Assembly: GCF_006345805.1 (NCBI RefSeq)
Contig: NC_043017.1
Location: 23,622,001-23,686,000, forward strand
DNA length: 64,000 nucleotides
Direction: 5' to 3'
DNA from: Octopus sinensis
Lineage: Eukaryota
The translations under genes were made by a program, and so were the position numbers. Numbering within the stretch: position 1 is the stretch's first letter; each line of letters starts with the position of its first letter. Shown piece after piece: positions 38,213 through 51,255 of the stretch. Under the pieces are notes generated by a model. The model was not told the DNA's origin. It saw only the letters and a program-made list of their open reading frames with translations, and did not search any database.

Positions 38213-39377
38213 ACACACACACACACACACATGTGTATTGTGTGTGAATGTGTTTGTTATTCTTAGAAGCGATGCATACTACCAAATTTTTTAAATTCAA
38301 GCCCAGGAGATGAAACCACTCCAAATCCTTGTTTCAGTATCCGTGTATATGAAATAAGGACAAGGCTAGCTTGTAATGGCTTAGAGTCATATAATATATA
38401 ATAATAATAAGCTCAAACCAAATATATTATTTCGAATGCATTTAATGAACACATTTCAGACCATTATCTGAAACATGGAAATTAGATGCATTGAAATTAT
38501 CAGTATTTAGTTTGACTATGCAGAAAGGATGGAAGGTAAAGCCTAGGTTAGTATTGCCTTTCATCCTTTTGGATTTCATAAAACAAGTACCAGTTAAGCA
38601 CTGGGATCAATCTAATCAACTTACCCCCTTACCTGAAATTGCTGGCCTTGTGCCAAAATTTAAAACCATTATTATTATTATTATATTATTATTGCTGTTA
38701 TAAAGGTGGCAAGCTGACAGAATTGTTAGTTTGCTTGGCAAAATGCTAAGCAACATTTTTTCTGTATTTACATTCTGAGTTCAAATTCTGTCATAGTCAA
38801 CTTTGCCTTTCATCCTTTCGGGGTCAATATAATCAACTTACCCCCTCCCCCCAAATTTCAGGCCTTGTGCCTATAGCAGAAAGAATTATTATTTGTTTGT
38901 GTTTTTCCATCATTTAAAATTTTCCTTCCATGCTGGCAGGAAATGGACAGATCCTCTTTGTGTAAGTCTGTCCTTATTCAGGGTCACTGCTCCTAAGGAA
39001 CAGTTAGTAGGCCATGTCTTCTTTGTGCAACTAATTTTTGTTTTGGTTCCTATTATTGTACAGAGTGAATTTTTCATGGCATCACCACTAGAGATGATCG
39101 CTTCATAACTTGCAAGGCTAAGACCCAAGAATGGCTCCTGTAACTGAGTTAGAATAGAATAGAAAGTGGGTAACGATTCCAGATGGAAGGATGAAGGATG
39201 GTAAATAAGTGGAGAGGACAAGGAGAAGTGTCTCAGGGAACAAGGGAGAAAGAAGGGATTAGTGACAAGGGTTATTAAGAAAAAGGAACGAGTAGAGTTG
39301 AAAGGATAACTGGATGGGTTGATAAAGGGTTTTGGTGATTATCACTAGTGCTGGTGTCACATAAAAGAGTATCCAGT

Positions 39378-39730
39378 ACATCATCATCATCATTGTTCGA
39401 TCGTGGTCAAGACAATGGAATTTACGATGCTCCACCAGACTTCACGGTCCATCATAGCATTGCGGAGGTCCTGTTGCTGGATGCCTGTATCCCTGGAGAT
39501 TACATCAGGGTAGGTGAGTGCACACCCTCTGGTATCGCGAGTAGATGGCTTCCAGAGGAGAAGAGTAGAAATTGCCTCGTTTTCAGCTCTACAACAATGT
39601 CCAGCAAACTGGACTCTCCTACCTTTCACGAGATTATACAGGTAGTAGTTTCCCATATATTTGTACTTTGAGAGATTTTGAGCTCTCGTAAGGAGGCGAG
39701 TGTAAGTTCCATCCGACCACCTCTCAAGTA
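39378..39730 (-). pseudogene. RTE-clade LINE 3' fragment
   Basis: Translation ...YPDVISRDTGIQQQDLRNAMMDREVWWSIV... followed by a (GAT)n tail, typical of the RTE C-terminus. Confidence 0.75.
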
Positions 39731-40073
39731 CACTCTGTAAAGTGGCTGGTGTTTGAAAATGCATCCAACTGTAGAAACTAGGTCTTAGTTGACACTCAAA
39801 CATATCACAATCCTCAGAGTAGGCAAATCCTGTTAAACCACTCAATGCATGTCTGTATAGAAGACAAGACAGTAAATGATAACAATGATGATGCTACATA
39901 GATACAGATAAGTTGATATATGCATGTATATGCATTTGTGTATGTATATATATATACATGCAAATATAAATGTATGTATGTATATGTAAACACATATATA
40001 ACTATAAATAATATAATATAATATAACATAATAATATAATGTAATAATATAATATAATGTAATGATATAATAC

Positions 40074-40118
<45 letters not shown>

Positions 40119-40462
40119 AATGTTTATAAACACATATCATTGTATAATTTCACCCCTTTAAGTGATCTATGATAACTTTTCTTACCAATGTTTTCTTGTA
40201 TTATTTCCTTTGACACACTCCTCAAAAATCTATAATTTTCTGACAACGATACTTTGATATTTCTGTTGTTTGTTGTATGTAATTTCTCAGTTTCTGTTGA
40301 TTTATTATGTTTCATCTTTAATAAATCTCAGCTTTGAAGGAGTTTTCTCTGTCATTCTGTTTGGATTCAGGTTTGAATAGTTTCATAGCTAAAATGACAT
40401 ATAAATTATTCAGTTTGACATAAAGTGAATTAAGATTAAAATAAAGTAGGGAAATGTAAGTG

Positions 40463-40503
<41 letters not shown>

Positions 40504-40667
40504 ACTCTCTGTATTCATTAATATATAACTGATACATACTTTGCTGATGGCTCGGAGAAAGGAACACTAAAACACTTTTGTTATATTTCTACTGAAATCC
40601 TACATTGCCTTTTTTTCAATTATTTTTGAAAATAAAGAATTTAGTAAAATAACTTTGTCAGTGTTAA

Positions 40668-41006
40668 CCCTTTTAGCATTTAATCCAGCCAAAATATTCT
40701 ACCTGTTTTATCCTCAAACTGTCAAAATCTGGCCTCTATAATGTCATTCTACAAATAAACAGTCACATTGCCGGAATCTCAAAGCTATGAGGTACTCTTT
40801 ACTCTTTTACTTGTTTCAGTCATTTGACTGCGGCCATGCTGGAGCACCGCCTTTAGTCGAGCAAATCAACCCCGGGACTTATTCTTTGTAAGCCCAGAAC
40901 TTATTCTATCGGTCTCTTTTGCTGAACCGCTAAGTGACGGGGACGTAAACACACCAGCATCGGCTGTCAAGCAATGCTAGGGAGACAAACACAGACACAC
41001 AAACAC

Positions 41007-41067
<61 letters not shown>

Positions 41068-41318
41068 ATATATACATATATACGACAGGCTTCTTTCAGT
41101 TTCCGTCTACCAAATCCACTCACAAGGCATTGGTCGGCCCGGGGCTATAGCAGAAGACACTTGCCCAAGATACCACGCAGTGGGACTGAACCCAGAACCA
41201 TGTGGTTGGTTAGCAAGCTACTTACCACACAGCTACTCCTGCACCTATGCATAATTAATTTAAAACAGTCTGAATTAATAAGTATTACATTTGACAGAAT
41301 AGTCCGAATGCTAAAGAG
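40668..41318. mobile_element. piggyBac-like MITE interrupted by a full-length SINE B (40793-41245, minus)
   Basis: TTAA-cccttttagcatt at the left and gaatgctaaagag-TTAA at the right. The halves are colinear with 10366-10581. Confidence 0.75.
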
Positions 41319-44300
41319 TTAAACCTGGTGTTTGGCATCAAAAATGTTTTGAAACTTCTAAGTTGGTGAGCAGGAAACTAAAAGATCTGTTTCAAATGTT
41401 TGCCCTTCTATAAGGATCCATTTAGCTCCTGCTTAATCTTCTTACCATATTTCTGCTGAAATAAACTGCTTTTGTTTTAGCTGAGTTTTAGAATAAAAGC
41501 GTGACCGTGTGGTAAGAAGTTTGCTTCCCAACCACATGGTTCCAGGTTCAGTCCTTCGGGCAAGTGTCTTCTACTATAGCTTCATGCTGACCAAAGCCTT
41601 GTGAGTGGATTTGGTAGGCAGAAACTGAAAAGAACCTGTCTTGTGTGTGTGTGTGTGTTTATCCCCCACTATTGCTTGACAACTGGTGTTGGTGTGTTTA
41701 CATCCCCATAACTTAGCAGTTGAGCAAAAGAGTTCAATAGAATAAGTACTGAGCTTTAAAAAAAGGTACTGGCGTTGGTTCATTCGACTAAAAATTCTTC
41801 AAGGCAGTGCTCCAGCATGGCCACAGTCTAATGACTGAAACAAGTAAAAAAAAAAATAATAACTTTTGCCCTTATAAAGCTGGTGTTTGGGACTTATATC
41901 TTCATGAACTTTTAATGGAAGATTCTAATTTAGATTACTTTAAAACATGAAGTTTGTGTCATAGAATCAGGGCGGGTCTAAAACAGGTTGATATCAAAAG
42001 GATTAAATTGGATAGGTTTCGAGAATGAAATGTTGAATGATGCAACTGAATACTGTTAGTTAAGTCATGTAGTCTGTGAGCTGCCTTGCTCAAGGATACA
42101 TTGTACTACCAGCTCCTGGAATTGAAATCACAGCCTAATGACCATGTACTCAACACCCTAATCACCAGGCTATTTGTCTTTACACACAACACACACACAC
42201 ACACACACATTCACACACACACACAAACACAGGTAGTAAAAACCTCTAGGGAGAGCTGAATAGCAGGTCTTCAGTGAAGAAACCCCACCTCGTGCAAGTG
42301 TTTTAGCCCTTAACTCCTTATACTCTGAGAGGAATTGGGGGCAATGTCCAGGTTATAACACCTATATACCCATCGGCTGTCATATTTTGTGCTGTGGATC
42401 CAGTGTTTATTCTACTGAGTTTCCTCTGTATCAATAATGGGGAAGTACTAAAACTTTTAAACTGCAAATAGCACTTTAATCCAACCCTGACATATTTTAG
42501 CTAAGGAAACCCTTCAAAATCTGAAAATGTGAAAATTTTACTGTGAAAATTAAAAGGGTAGAAAATTTAGAAAAATTTCATACCTGTGGCTAGCATGCAT
42601 AATAAAAGTCAATAGACTACATATTTTCATATAATTCCGAAGGGTTATGTGCACCGGATGCACATATAGGTCATAGCCGGTTCCAGTCTTTTACTGTTGT
42701 CAGTTCCGCTGCAATAAGTAGGCAAGGCCTGAGCGACATTCGGAGCTTGCTGGAGACCGAATTGGCAGGAGGCTGACTGGAACAGTGTATAAATAATATA
42801 CACTTTATATATATATGTATGTGTGTATGTATATGCTCTTCATATATCATGTCTTCATATTCAGTGTTGAGCTGAAGTGAGTCTCTCCCCCTCTGGGCTG
42901 TTTATCATTGGTTTTAGTTCTGGTACAAGGCCTGGAATTTTGGAGGGATGGGGTAAGTCTATTACATCAACCTCAGTACTTGCTTGGTACTTTATTTTAT
43001 CAGTCTTGGTGGGATGAGAAGCAAAGTTAACATCAACAGGATTTGAACTCAGACTGTAAATGGATGAAAGAACTACAGCAAGGTATTTTGTTACCCAGAT
43101 TCTCTAATAATTCTGCCATTCTTAGGCATCTTTTTTTTTGGTGGGGGAATATGAGCTGCAAGCATTTGACCAAGAAGTGAATATTGAGAAGCATTTCAAC
43201 CAGGAATCAAATGTGTGAGTGTGTGTGTGTACGTGCACATGTATGCAAGAATGTGTGTGCATGTGCAAGTGTATGCAAATGTGTGTGAGTGCATGTACAT
43301 GCATGTATGTGTGTGCATGTACATGCATGTATGTGTGTGCATGTGAGAGTGTGTGTGTGTATGAATGTATGTGTAAGTGTGTGTGCATGCATGTGAGTGT
43401 GTGTGAGTGGATGTGTACAAATGTGTGTGTGTGTTAGTGTTACAGATTTGGTTTATTAGAAGCTAACCACCAACCAGCATGTTGTTCTCTTATCCAATTC
43501 CTTGTAGCAGACATATTTTGTCACTCATTTCACCACCACCACCACCACCACTGCCACCCCCTGGGCCCGTGGCAGCCTTTAAAGCTAAATCCATTCTGTT
43601 ACAAGCATTTCTCTCTTCTAAGAATAACTTCATCCCTTCCCCACAGACAACCTCAAAGACCCATGAAAATGGTGTCAGGTGCAGCAGTGACTTAACCATT
43701 AGGAAAAAGTTGATATCTAATATAGTCTACTCTGTTAACGACTTTATCCAACCTACATTTTATTTTGCATAATTACTTCATTGTAATTAGTTTAAATTAC
43801 ATTTCTACTATTAATGCTACAGAAAAATTAGGTTACACCACTGTAAACCATCGAACCATTTGGTTGTTTACTCAGTTGCTTCATGTTAAACTGCTAATTC
43901 GTTTTCTCTGTCTCCTTTGTGTTATGTCTTATTCTGCCACTTTTGTAGGGTAACTGGGTATTTTGTTAGTAGGATACTTCCGTGTACATATCACAGGCTT
44001 CACCCAGGGTGGGTCGAGCCAGCTATGACCAGCATCACGTTTAGAGTTTCAATCATCATCATCATCATTTAACGTCCGTTCTCCATGCTAGCATGGGTTG
44101 GACGGTTCGACCGGGGATCTGGGAAGCCAGAAGGCTGCACCAGGCTCCGGTCTTATCTGGCAATGTTTCTACAGCTGGATGCCCTTCCTAACACCAACTA
44201 CTCCATGAGTGTAGTGGGTGCTTTTTACGTGCCACCTGCACTGGTGCCAGGCGGGGCTGGCATCGGCCACGGTCGGATTGGTGCATTTTACGTGCCACCG

Positions 44301-44489
44301 GCACGGAAGCCAGTCGAGGCGGCACTGGCTTCGGCCACGATTCGGATAGTGCTTTTTACTGGGAATACTAATTCACATGTGGTCCCTGGTCACAGTAGGG
44401 TGGTAGTTGATGTTCCCTCAGTACAGTGGCTGTTAGTGTCCGCTTAGTAAGGAGGCTGTTGGTTCCATCTTGTTAGGGTTGCTCTAAAA

Positions 44490-44660
44490 TCATCATCATC
44501 ATCCAGTGTTTTAAATCCGGGTTTTGCCCCTGTTAATGGGGGTGGCCAGATCTACCTCAATACCATAGCAACCGCCCTCACACCATCTCACCCTGTTTTG
44601 GGTGTCCTCCCTTCTCAAGCCAGCCTTCCCAATCTCCTCTTCCATGTTTTCTTCAGTCTA
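44490..44660 (-). pseudogene. RTE-clade LINE 3' end fragment
   Basis: Reverse complement of ~45900-46094, including the (GAT)n tail. Confidence 0.7.
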
Positions 44661-44671
44661 AGGTGGTTGGT

Positions 44672-45040
44672 TGGCGGTGCCACCCTAGTAGGGTGGCAGT
44701 AGATGTCACCATATCAGAGTGACTGTTGGTACCACCCTAGCAGGGTGAATGTAAGTGTCACCTTAGAGGGGTGGCTGTTATTATTATAGTATGTTGGTTG
44801 TAGGTGTCATCTTAGCAGGGTGGCTGTTGGTCCCACCTCCGTGGGGGGGGGGGGCTTATAGACACCACGTTTGTAGGGTGGCCATAGATGTCACCTTCAT
44901 AGAGTGTCTGTTGGTGCCACCTTAGTAGGGTAGATGTGTCACCTTAGTGGGTTGGCTGTTGGTGTCACATTAGTGGGATTGCTGTTGGTGCCACTTTAGT
45001 AGGATGGTTGTAGGTGTCCCATTGACAGGATGCTTGGAGC
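44672..45040. repeat. Degenerate GC-rich minisatellite built from a self-complementary unit
   Basis: Recurring gtgccaccYtagYagggtggc and gtgtcacctt subunits. Confidence 0.8.
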
Positions 45041-45779
45041 AGAATAAATAATAATCTTTTCTACTCTAAGCACAAGGCCCAAAATTTTTGGGGGAGGGGG
45101 CCAGTCAATTAGATTGACCCAGTACACAACAGGTACTTAATTTACCGACCCCAGAAGGATGAAAGGCAAAGTTGACCTCGTCAGAATTTGAACTCAGAAT
45201 ATAAAGACAGACGAAACACTGCTAGGCATTTCACCCAGCATTCTAACATTTCTTATAAAGAATAATATCTCACTACAAGCACTGACATGTCCCACTACCT
45301 TAGTAGGTGACCAATGCTTGTGATGGGTTGTGAACTCACAACTCTCCAACCAATACACATGCACTCAATCCACTGAGCCATTAGGGTCCATGTCATATCA
45401 TTTCTTCAGTTGGATATGTAAATAATTATTTCTACCATAGACACAATGCCAGAAATTTTGAGGGGAGGGAGCATCCAATTGCATCATCCCCAATGTTGAA
45501 CTGCTAATTATTTTATTTGTCCTAAAAGGATAACAGGCAAAGTTGACCCCTGCAACAGCCATTTTGAACTGTCATACAAGGGCACAGATCAAGGGTCAAG
45601 TAACTGATTTGGTTCAGTGTTTGTATTATTATTTTTTTTTTATAATTGAATTAACTAACCCCAGTGCTTGACCGATACATAATGTGTCTCACAAGGATGA
45701 AAAGAAATAGTTACAGCTGTATTCTTGAATATATAATTTAAAAGGTGTCAGCTAAATATTACAAAGGTTTTATTCTGGC

Positions 45780-46094
45780 AGGACTTGATGGGAATGCTGG
45801 GGTTGGAGGGATCAATGGAACAGCTGGCAAGGGCGAACAGAGTGCAGTGGTATGGGCATGTGTTGAGGAGGGTGCTTGGGTTTGAGGGAAATGGACCACG
45901 AAAGCGAAGTAGACTGAGGAAAACATGGAGGGGACAGGTGGAGGAGGAGATTGGGAAGGTCAGCTTGAGAAGGGAGGACACCCGAAACAGGGTGAGATGG
46001 TGTGAGGGCAGTTGCTATGGTATTGAGGTAGATCTGACCAACCCCATTAACAGGGACAAAACCCGGATTTAAAGCACTGTATGATGATGATGAT
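45780..46094 (+). pseudogene. RTE-clade LINE 3' fragment
   Basis: ...RVQWYGHVLRR...GPRKRSRLRKTW... followed by atgatgatgatgat. Confidence 0.75.
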
Positions 46095-47016
46095 TCTGGC
46101 AGTGTGCCATTTTAGGGGCTAATAATAATTTATAACTTAGATACAAAGCCCTAATATCTTTGAAGTGAGTGCGGTTGGAGGAAGGGGACAGTTGATTAAT
46201 TTAAATGATCACTCCACCTCTGTGTGCAATGATAAAAAAGGTAAGTCATCCTATGGGAAGTAAAACAAAGAAAAAATCCCATACACATACACACTCTGGA
46301 CGAGGACAGCTACTTAAAGAAGTGCCAGTCTCTAACTGTGGAGGGAACTTGGAGAAGAGGTAGACCCAGGAAGGCATGAGATAAGGTAGTGAAGCATAAT
46401 ATTTAGATGTTGGGTCTCATGGAGGTGACGTCAAGTGATCAAGACTTTTGGTAATTTGCTGTTCTTGAGAAGACTCATCAGGCCAAGCAAAATTGTTGTC
46501 ATAAACAGTGTCAGTGACATGTAAAAAGCACCCACCATACTCTTGGAGTGGTTGGCATCAGGAAGGGCATCCGGCCATAGAAACCATGCCAAAATCAGAC
46601 AGGCACTCCAGCTTACCACTTCCAGTTAAACCATCTAATACTTGTTAGCATGGAAAATGGAGGCTGAATGATGATGATGATAGTGGTGGTATATACACAC
46701 ACACGTAGATAGATAGATAGAAAGATAGATAGACAGAGAGATTGAGAGATAGATAGATAATTGATCGATAGATAGATAATTGATTCCCTTGGAGTTAACC
46801 TGCTGTGAACAAGCACTTTTCATTTCTCTTTGATATAGAGTTTTTTTCTTTTTTTCATGCAACTACATTAGAATTACAAATCAAAATATATAACACTGAT
46901 GGAAGAGATTTTTTTGTGTGTCTTCCACAGTTGTAAGGTAGATAGATTGGTAATTTGTCTCGATACTTCTTGGTATTTAAAGTACATGAAATAAATTGCA
47001 AATGCTTATGCATACA

Positions 47017-47181
47017 GGCGCAGGAGTAGGTGTGTGGTAAGAAGCTTGCTTCCCAACCACATGCTTCCGGGTTCAGTCCCACTGCGTGGCACCTTGGGCA
47101 AGTGTCTTCTACTATAGTCTCGGGCCGACCAAAGCCCTGTGAGTGGATTTGGCAGACGGAAACAGAAAAAGCCTGTCACAC

Positions 47182-47212
<31 letters not shown>

Positions 47213-47420
47213 TACACACACATGTGTATTTGTGTGTGTTTGTTCCCCCACCATCACTTGACAACCAATGCTGGTTTTTTTACATCCCTGTAACTTAGCA
47301 GTTCAGCAAAAGAGACCAATAGAATAAGTACTAGGCTTAATAAGTCCTGGAATCGATTTGTTCGACTAAAAGGCAGTGCTCCAGCATTGCCACTGTCAAA
47401 TGACTGAAACAACTAAAAAA
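47017..47420 (+). mobile_element. SINE family B, full length
   Basis: Head ggcgcaggagtaggtgtgtggtaag to tail gactgaaacaactaaaaaa. Confidence 0.85.
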
Positions 47421-47464
47421 CATATATATATATATATTTATATATATATATATTTATATATATA

Positions 47465-47531
<67 letters not shown>

Positions 47532-47536
47532 ATATA

Positions 47537-47740
47537 ACCGTGTGTGCATCGTTGGCGATTTTCTTTCTCCGTCTTCCCTTCTTTGGACTTTTCTGTTTTT
47601 TCTATATTTCTGACAAAGAGCTCCGCTCGAAACATAAAATCCTCCTTCTTTCTTTCCTTTCCTGAGTGTCCAATAACACTATACTTGTTCCACGTCCTCG
47701 CGTTGTTGTGTTTTCTCTTCGTTCATGTTTGGATTAACTA
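47537..47740 (+). mobile_element. (TA)n-flanked repeat (family P3) with hammerhead-like motif at 47606-47640
   Basis: attt CTGACAA A GAGC tcc GCTC GAAACAT A aaat. (TA)n lies to the left and tatatgtatata to the right. Confidence 0.6.
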
Positions 47741-47991
47741 TATGTATATATATTAGATGCTTGCTTATATATGTAGTATATTATATATTTGTGTTCGTGC
47801 GTGTACGTATATACACATTCACATCTATATACAACAAAGATAAAAAATACGAAAACAGCAACAGATTATAAGGTTATATGTACTTAAAAGAACAAGCATA
47901 CCCCCCCCCCCACACACACACACACTCTAATACACACACTGTTTCTCTCTGATACATTCACACATATCTGTATATTGCACATTTAGTTTTA

Positions 47992-48045
<54 letters not shown>

Positions 48046-48765
48046 TATATGTGTGTGTGTGTTACACATTTTGTTTGTGTGTATAGGCTCTCTCTCACAT
48101 GTTTGTCTATATTGTACATTTTGTTTACATACACACACATAAATGTTCTCTCTCTCTCTTATTCACTCTCTCTTTCTTTCCCTACCTTCTCTGTTTCTCC
48201 GCTCCATATCCTATTCCCCTTCCGTTCACTGCCTGTCTTTCCACACCATTTCTTTCTCACCCTCTTCTCCATAAATCTATACACACTATATTATATAATT
48301 ATGTATATAATTATTAATTTATATAGTAATACAATAGAGTGTTATGTATACGTACATTTGGCATAATCGGTTTCCTCTTCTATTATTTATTCAACAGTAC
48401 ACGAATAAGCATTCATTCTAAATTAACTTTCCCAGGAGATTCCCATTCTCAAACTGATGTTACTGAAGCAATGATTGACTAGGCAACAGCAAAAGTTCTT
48501 CATCATTCCCACTAGCCAAGCAGTAGTAGTAGTAGTTACAAATTTTGGTACAATGATTACAAATTTTTGAGGAAATAGGGAATTGATTGCATCAATCACA
48601 GTACTTGACTGGTACTTATTTAAGGGCCCTGAAAGGGTGAAAAGCAAAGTTGACCTTGGCTGCTTTTGAACTTAGGATGTTAAAACAAAATGCTACTGAA
48701 CATTTTCTCCTGTGTGCTAACAATTCTGCCAGCTCACTGCCTTAATAATAATAATAATAATAATA

Positions 48766-48950
48766 GCAAAAGGGGCTGATAGCTACCTAACTCAGATACC
48801 AGGAAACCCAAAAATGGCAGAAATTCAAAAGATAGTGCTCATGGGAACTGCTCATATCCTACGCAAAATACTTTCTATGTAATCTCAAGGTTTAAAACAA
48901 ACATAATTTTCGGTTTAAAGTGCACTCGGGTACACTTTCGGAGTCATTGA
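48766..48950 (+). pseudogene. C-terminus of an RLE-type non-LTR retrotransposon (R4/Dong-like)
   Basis: 48766-48882 reads AKGADSYLTQIPGNPKMAEIQKIVLMGTAHILRKILSM*. It begins directly after (TAA)n. Confidence 0.7.
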
Positions 48951-49321
48951 CATTAGGAAGGGCATCCAGCTGTGGAAACATTGCCAGATCTGATTGGAGC
49001 ATGGATGGTGCAGCCACTGGCTCTCCAAACCTCAGTCAAACCAGCCAACCCATGCCAGCATGAAAAACAGACATTAAACGATGATGATGGTGATGATGAA
49101 TAATCCTTTCTACTAAAGGTACAAAGCCTGAAATTTGCAAGGAGAGGAATAGTCGATTACATCCACCCCTAGTCTTTCACTGGTACTTAATTTATCGACC
49201 CCCAAAAGGATGAAAGGCAAAGTCAACCTCAATGGAATTTGAACCCAGAACGTAGCGGCAGATGAAATGCCTCTAAGCATTCTGCCTGGTGTGCTAACAA
49301 TTGTGCCAGCTTGCTGCCTTA

Positions 49322-49770
49322 TTATAAATAATAATAATAATAATTATAATAATAATAATAACAAAATAATAATAATAATAATAATAACAAAATGATAATA
49401 ACAACAAAATAATAATAATAACAACATAATAATAATAATAATAATAACAAAATGATAATAACAACAAAATAATAATAATAACAACATAATAATAATAATA
49501 ACAACAAAATAATAATAACAACAAAATAATGATAATAACAACAAAATAATAATAATAGCAACAAAATAATAATAATGATAATAATAATAATAATAATAGC
49601 AACAAAATAATAATAATAACAACAAAATAATAATAATAACAACAAAATTATAATAATAATAACAACAACAACAAAATAATAATAATAATAACAAAATAAT
49701 AATTAAAATAACAACAATAAAATAATAACAACAACAACAACAGCAAAATAACAACAATAAAATAATAATA
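49322..49770. repeat. Compound (AAT)n/(AAC)n microsatellite with an exact 60 bp tandem duplication
   Basis: 49381-49440 is identical to 49441-49500. Confidence 0.95.
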
Positions 49771-50339
49771 ATTATCTATCGGAAGCTTCTCAGTGACTTG
49801 CAATCAAACAAATACTCTCTGTCAGTTATCATATCTTGATTGTTCGGTTTCTCTGGGCTTTGGTGTCCTAAATTTTCGACATCTAGCAACTGACTTGGTA
49901 GAAGTCTATGAAGATTATCCACCATTTCTTTCAGCAACATCTTCAGCTTTCCTCTTCAATTCATTATCTCTACCAACTGTGACTTTCAGAAGCATATTTT
50001 CACACACAAAATTGTTGAAGCATGAAATAAACTACACATATCACCTGTTGGCTGTCAGGGCAATGTATCTATCAAAATTTTCCATACTTCCTGAAATTTT
50101 CCAACACTATTCCTGACATGCCTCTCCACCCTTTCCTCTATTTCACTCTTCTACTCTTCACTTTTCTGTTTTATCCCATGTGCTGTACGTGTACTTTTGG
50201 CTGTTGGTGTTGTCTTTCTTTACTTTGCTTATTTCTGCTCTCTTTTTCCTGTTTTGCCCTTTTTGGGTCTTGACAGATGATGTCTAAGGAAATAAATCAA
50301 CCGCAACAGCTGCTCAGCTGTTAAAGTGGGACTGCACAC

Positions 50340-50900
50340 AAATGTCAAGGAAATGGAATACATGAACTGTTTGCTTTGAATGGTCCCACATTGAATGCTG
50401 TTGAAGACTTCAAGTACTTAAGTGGTTGGGTGAACAGTTTGGAAGCAGGCATCAAGATCAGGAAGGCACAAGCATGGACAGCTTGTCACAAACTAAAGAA
50501 GGTCTGCAACTCCAAACTGCCTTGGCAAATCAAAATCAAGCTGTTCACTGCAACTGTCGAATCAGTGCTGTTATATGGCAGTGAAACATGGATGCTGACA
50601 AAGAAATTATCAAATGGGTTAAGTGGATGCTACGTATGGCCCTAAATGTGAAATGGCAGCAATATATGACAAATGAAAGTCTTTATGGAGACCTGCCAAA
50701 AGTTAGTGAGTAGATCAAGCATAGACTCCTGCGACTACCTGGTCAGTGTGTGCACCATCCTGGACTGGCAACATCCAAATTAGCCATGTGGAACCCATTT
50801 CATGGTGTTGTAAGAAGGGGAAAATGTTGTCACATTTACATGAACAACTTGACCGCAGACAGTGGCCTGGACTATATCCAGGACCTGGAGACAGTGATGA
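50340..50900 (+). pseudogene. Degenerate RTE-like LINE, RT C-terminal region
   Basis: VEDFKYLS...ESVLLYGSETW...; interrupted by stops and frameshifts. Confidence 0.75.
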
Positions 50901-51049
50901 TGGATTGAGAAGAGTGGCAGGTGGACTTTGTTGCTGCGACCCAGGTTGGTACCTGGCCATAGTAATAATAGTGATTATCTTTTTCTGACAAGTTGTACTG
51001 TACTTGAGCACTGTATATGATAGGCTCATTATTATTATTAGTATTAATA

Positions 51050-51255
51050 TTATAATCTTCTTCAATCAAGATTGATCTTATTTCTGAAAGAATTTATTTA
51101 GGTTGCAGGTTACGTCCTATAACCTCAGATGTCCACATGATTTTAATAAGTCATCAAGTGCTCAAAACCTTTCTGATGATCTTCCCTATTCTTAAGAGGC
51201 AAACCTTCTGTAGAAGCTCTACAGAACTTTCCAATCCAAGTTGTCTAATTCATCA
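51050..51255 (-). pseudogene. Second, divergent R4/Dong-like C-terminal fragment
   Basis: Minus strand **IRQLGLESSVELLQKVCLLRIGKIIRKVLST* with the stop at 51154-51156. Its 3' side abuts a degenerate (TAA)n. Confidence 0.55.

Noticed and set aside
49793-50116. 107 aa ORF in unique-looking sequence
   Set aside because: No recognisable motif on either strand, and the opposite strand has only broken frames.
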